Source of the DNA: a virus
Taxonomy: Duplodnaviria; Heunggongvirae; Uroviricota; Caudoviricetes
Virus record (IMG/VR): IMGVR_UViG_3300001242_000012
DNA length: 64,000 nucleotides
Direction: 5' to 3' (one strand)
Shown here: positions 62,540-64,000 of the stretch, in pieces
Layout: each line of letters opens with the position of its first letter
Position numbering within the stretch: the first letter of the stretch is position 1
The notes under the pieces: model-generated
Database searches by the model: none
Seen by the model: the letters and a program-made list of their open reading frames with translations, nothing else
What the model was told of the DNA's origin: nothing
Translations under genes and position numbers: made by a program

Positions 62540-62884
62540 GTGGAGAATTTATATAATATGTACATCACTCAAGAACTGAGTACTTACGAGATAGGTGCTA
62601 CCCTTGGCGAGTACAGTACTACGGTGCAAAGGAAGTTGAAGAGACTTGGTATACCACTACGGAGCAGGTCTGAATGTCATAAGACCAGTAGTGAACTAGA
62701 TAGGATTAGTGGTCGTAGGAAGTATGTGATTGGTGATAAGGTTGGGATGTTAACCATACTTGGTGACTATGGTCATAATGATCGTGGAGAGCTACTATAT
62801 CTGTGTCGCTGCGAATGTGGGAAGGAATTGAAGGTCAGAGCTAATAAGATTCCTAAGTCATGTGGGTGTAGAAGAAAAATTTAG
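62540..62884 (+). CDS. HTH DNA-binding protein with C-terminal Cys cluster
   Basis: LSTYEIGATLGEYSTTVQRKLKRLGI helix-turn-helix, then CRCECG...CGC. First plus-strand gene after the strand switch. Confidence 0.5.
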   Translation: MENLYNMYITQELSTYEIGATLGEYSTTVQRKLKRLGIPLRSRSECHKTSSELDRISGRRKYVIGDKVGMLTILGDYGHNDRGELLYLCRCECGKELKVRANKIPKSCGCRRKI

Positions 62885-62990
62885 TAGGGCATGTAATAAA
62901 ACACCCCAAATTTAGGTATTATATAGTATAAGTACCTCCATAGGAGGCAGAGAACTAAACATCAAGCTCCACTAGAGAGGTATTAAAATT

Positions 62991-63656
62991 ATGAAACCAG
63001 GACCAAAGACACCAGAAGCTATAGCTAAAGTTACTAAGAATTTACCAACTGAATTACCAGCAGAATGGAGTATATCCGAACGTGGCGTAGAGGCCATTCG
63101 AGTATCAGTTGCTATGAGTAATACCAAGCATGGATTATTTGCGCACGTACCCATCATGTGTAAGGGTGAACAATGTCCATATGCAGATACATGCATCCTA
63201 GTACTCCGTGATCTACATGCACCAGGAGAAAGGTGCCCACTAGAGATAGCGGCAATTATGGATAGATTCGATAAGTATATGAGACAACTTGGTATAGAGG
63301 AAGATAACGCTGTAGATCTAGGTATACTCAAGAACCTGGTGGACATCGAGATACAGATAGTTAGGGCAGATAAGAAGATAGCCATTAATGGTGACTTCAT
63401 AGACAACGTCATTGCTGCTATATCAGCGCATGGTGACGCATACTACAAGCCTGAACTTGGTAAGGCAGCAGACTTTAAACTTAGGCTCATATCAGAACAT
63501 TGTAGACTATTAGGGATACTTCATGCTACTCGTAAGGATAAAGCGGCAGATAAACTAAGTATCAATATTGATGCAAGTAACTATGCTGCTAAATTACTCG
63601 CTCGTCGTGCAGAAATGCAGAGATTAGAAGATAATACTATAGACGTGACGCCATGA
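62991..63656 (+). CDS. hypothetical protein
   Basis: 221-aa ORF with a GGAGG RBS at 62940-62950. Confidence 0.5.
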   Translation: MKPGPKTPEAIAKVTKNLPTELPAEWSISERGVEAIRVSVAMSNTKHGLFAHVPIMCKGEQCPYADTCILVLRDLHAPGERCPLEIAAIMDRFDKYMRQLGIEEDNAVDLGILKNLVDIEIQIVRADKKIAINGDFIDNVIAAISAHGDAYYKPELGKAADFKLRLISEHCRLLGILHATRKDKAADKLSINIDASNYAAKLLARRAEMQRLEDNTIDVTP

Positions 63657-64000
63657 CCGCAGCAGAGTATATAGTTAGAAGAAATGCAGCTAGGAGTAAG
63701 AAGTCGACTAGTGAAGACACATATCGTAGAGTGTATGCTAAGGTTAGAGCACGTAGCTCAGCGAGTAAGCTAACTAGGTATATGGGTAAGTATGGAAAGT
63801 TATTAGCTGGTACTGGAGTAACACTATTCGGACTAGCGACCTTCATGGATATAGACCGTGGTCTACGGGAGAATGCTGACGAGGCCAGGGAATTACATAA
63901 GCAAGAATTAGAATTAGTGAGGCGCGACAATATAGCTAGACGTAAGCGTAATGCAGAGATAGCTGGACTACCCGGTGATCCATTCCTAGGTATGGTCCAG
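63653..64000 (+). CDS. hypothetical basic protein (partial, runs off window)
   Basis: ATGA overlap with the previous gene; the ORF is open to the window end. Confidence 0.4.
   Translation, partial: MTAAEYIVRRNAARSKKSTSEDTYRRVYAKVRARSSASKLTRYMGKYGKLLAGTGVTLFGLATFMDIDRGLRENADEARELHKQELELVRRDNIARRKRNAEIAGLPGDPFLGMVQ

Noticed and set aside
1-64000. Alternative genetic code (stop-codon reassignment), as in some huge or crAss-like phages
   Set aside because: Long uninterrupted ORFs with intact motifs (RtcB, NadV, MoxR, SNF2 exons) read correctly in the standard code. ORF-poor stretches are explained by ncRNA, small genes under 60 aa, or regulatory DNA.

Overview
This reads as a 64 kb segment of a large, AT-rich virulent-type phage genome, probably infecting a Firmicute. 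The host inference rests on a YyaC-type sporulation protease, Firmicute-like tmRNA features, AGGAGG ribosome-binding sites and several lipoproteins. From 1 to ~61.4 kb almost every gene is on the minus strand, densely packed, with many 4-nt ATGA start/stop overlaps. The last ~1.5 kb switches to plus-strand genes across a divergent low-complexity junction. No capsid, tail, terminase or integrase can be named with confidence, so the window is mostly accessory or early/middle content. The most notable region is a phage-encoded ubiquitin-like conjugation gene set next to a MoxR AAA+/vWA pair: an E1-like ThiF protein, a JAB/JAMM peptidase, a candidate E2, and a tandem-duplicated ~56-aa beta-grasp-like protein. 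The second is an SNF2 helicase gene whose Walker A GLG|KT motif is split by a ~564-nt ORF-less group I-like intron. Other recognisable content: a long tmRNA-like gene with tag AKTTLQAA, an RNA-repair theme (RtcB ligase, CCA-type nucleotidyltransferase head domain), a NAD-salvage and ADP-ribose block (NadV, NadM-type NMNAT, macro domain, Nudix), two tandem J-domain proteins, a radical-SAM protein, an SPFH protein, and several expanded families of tiny Cys-rich or zinc-ribbon proteins. There is a cluster of CCCTATATAGG promoter-like repeats around 50.8-51.6 kb, and base composition looks GC-richer after ~51.6 kb. Every functional call rests on motifs read by eye, and coordinates of RNA elements are approximate.
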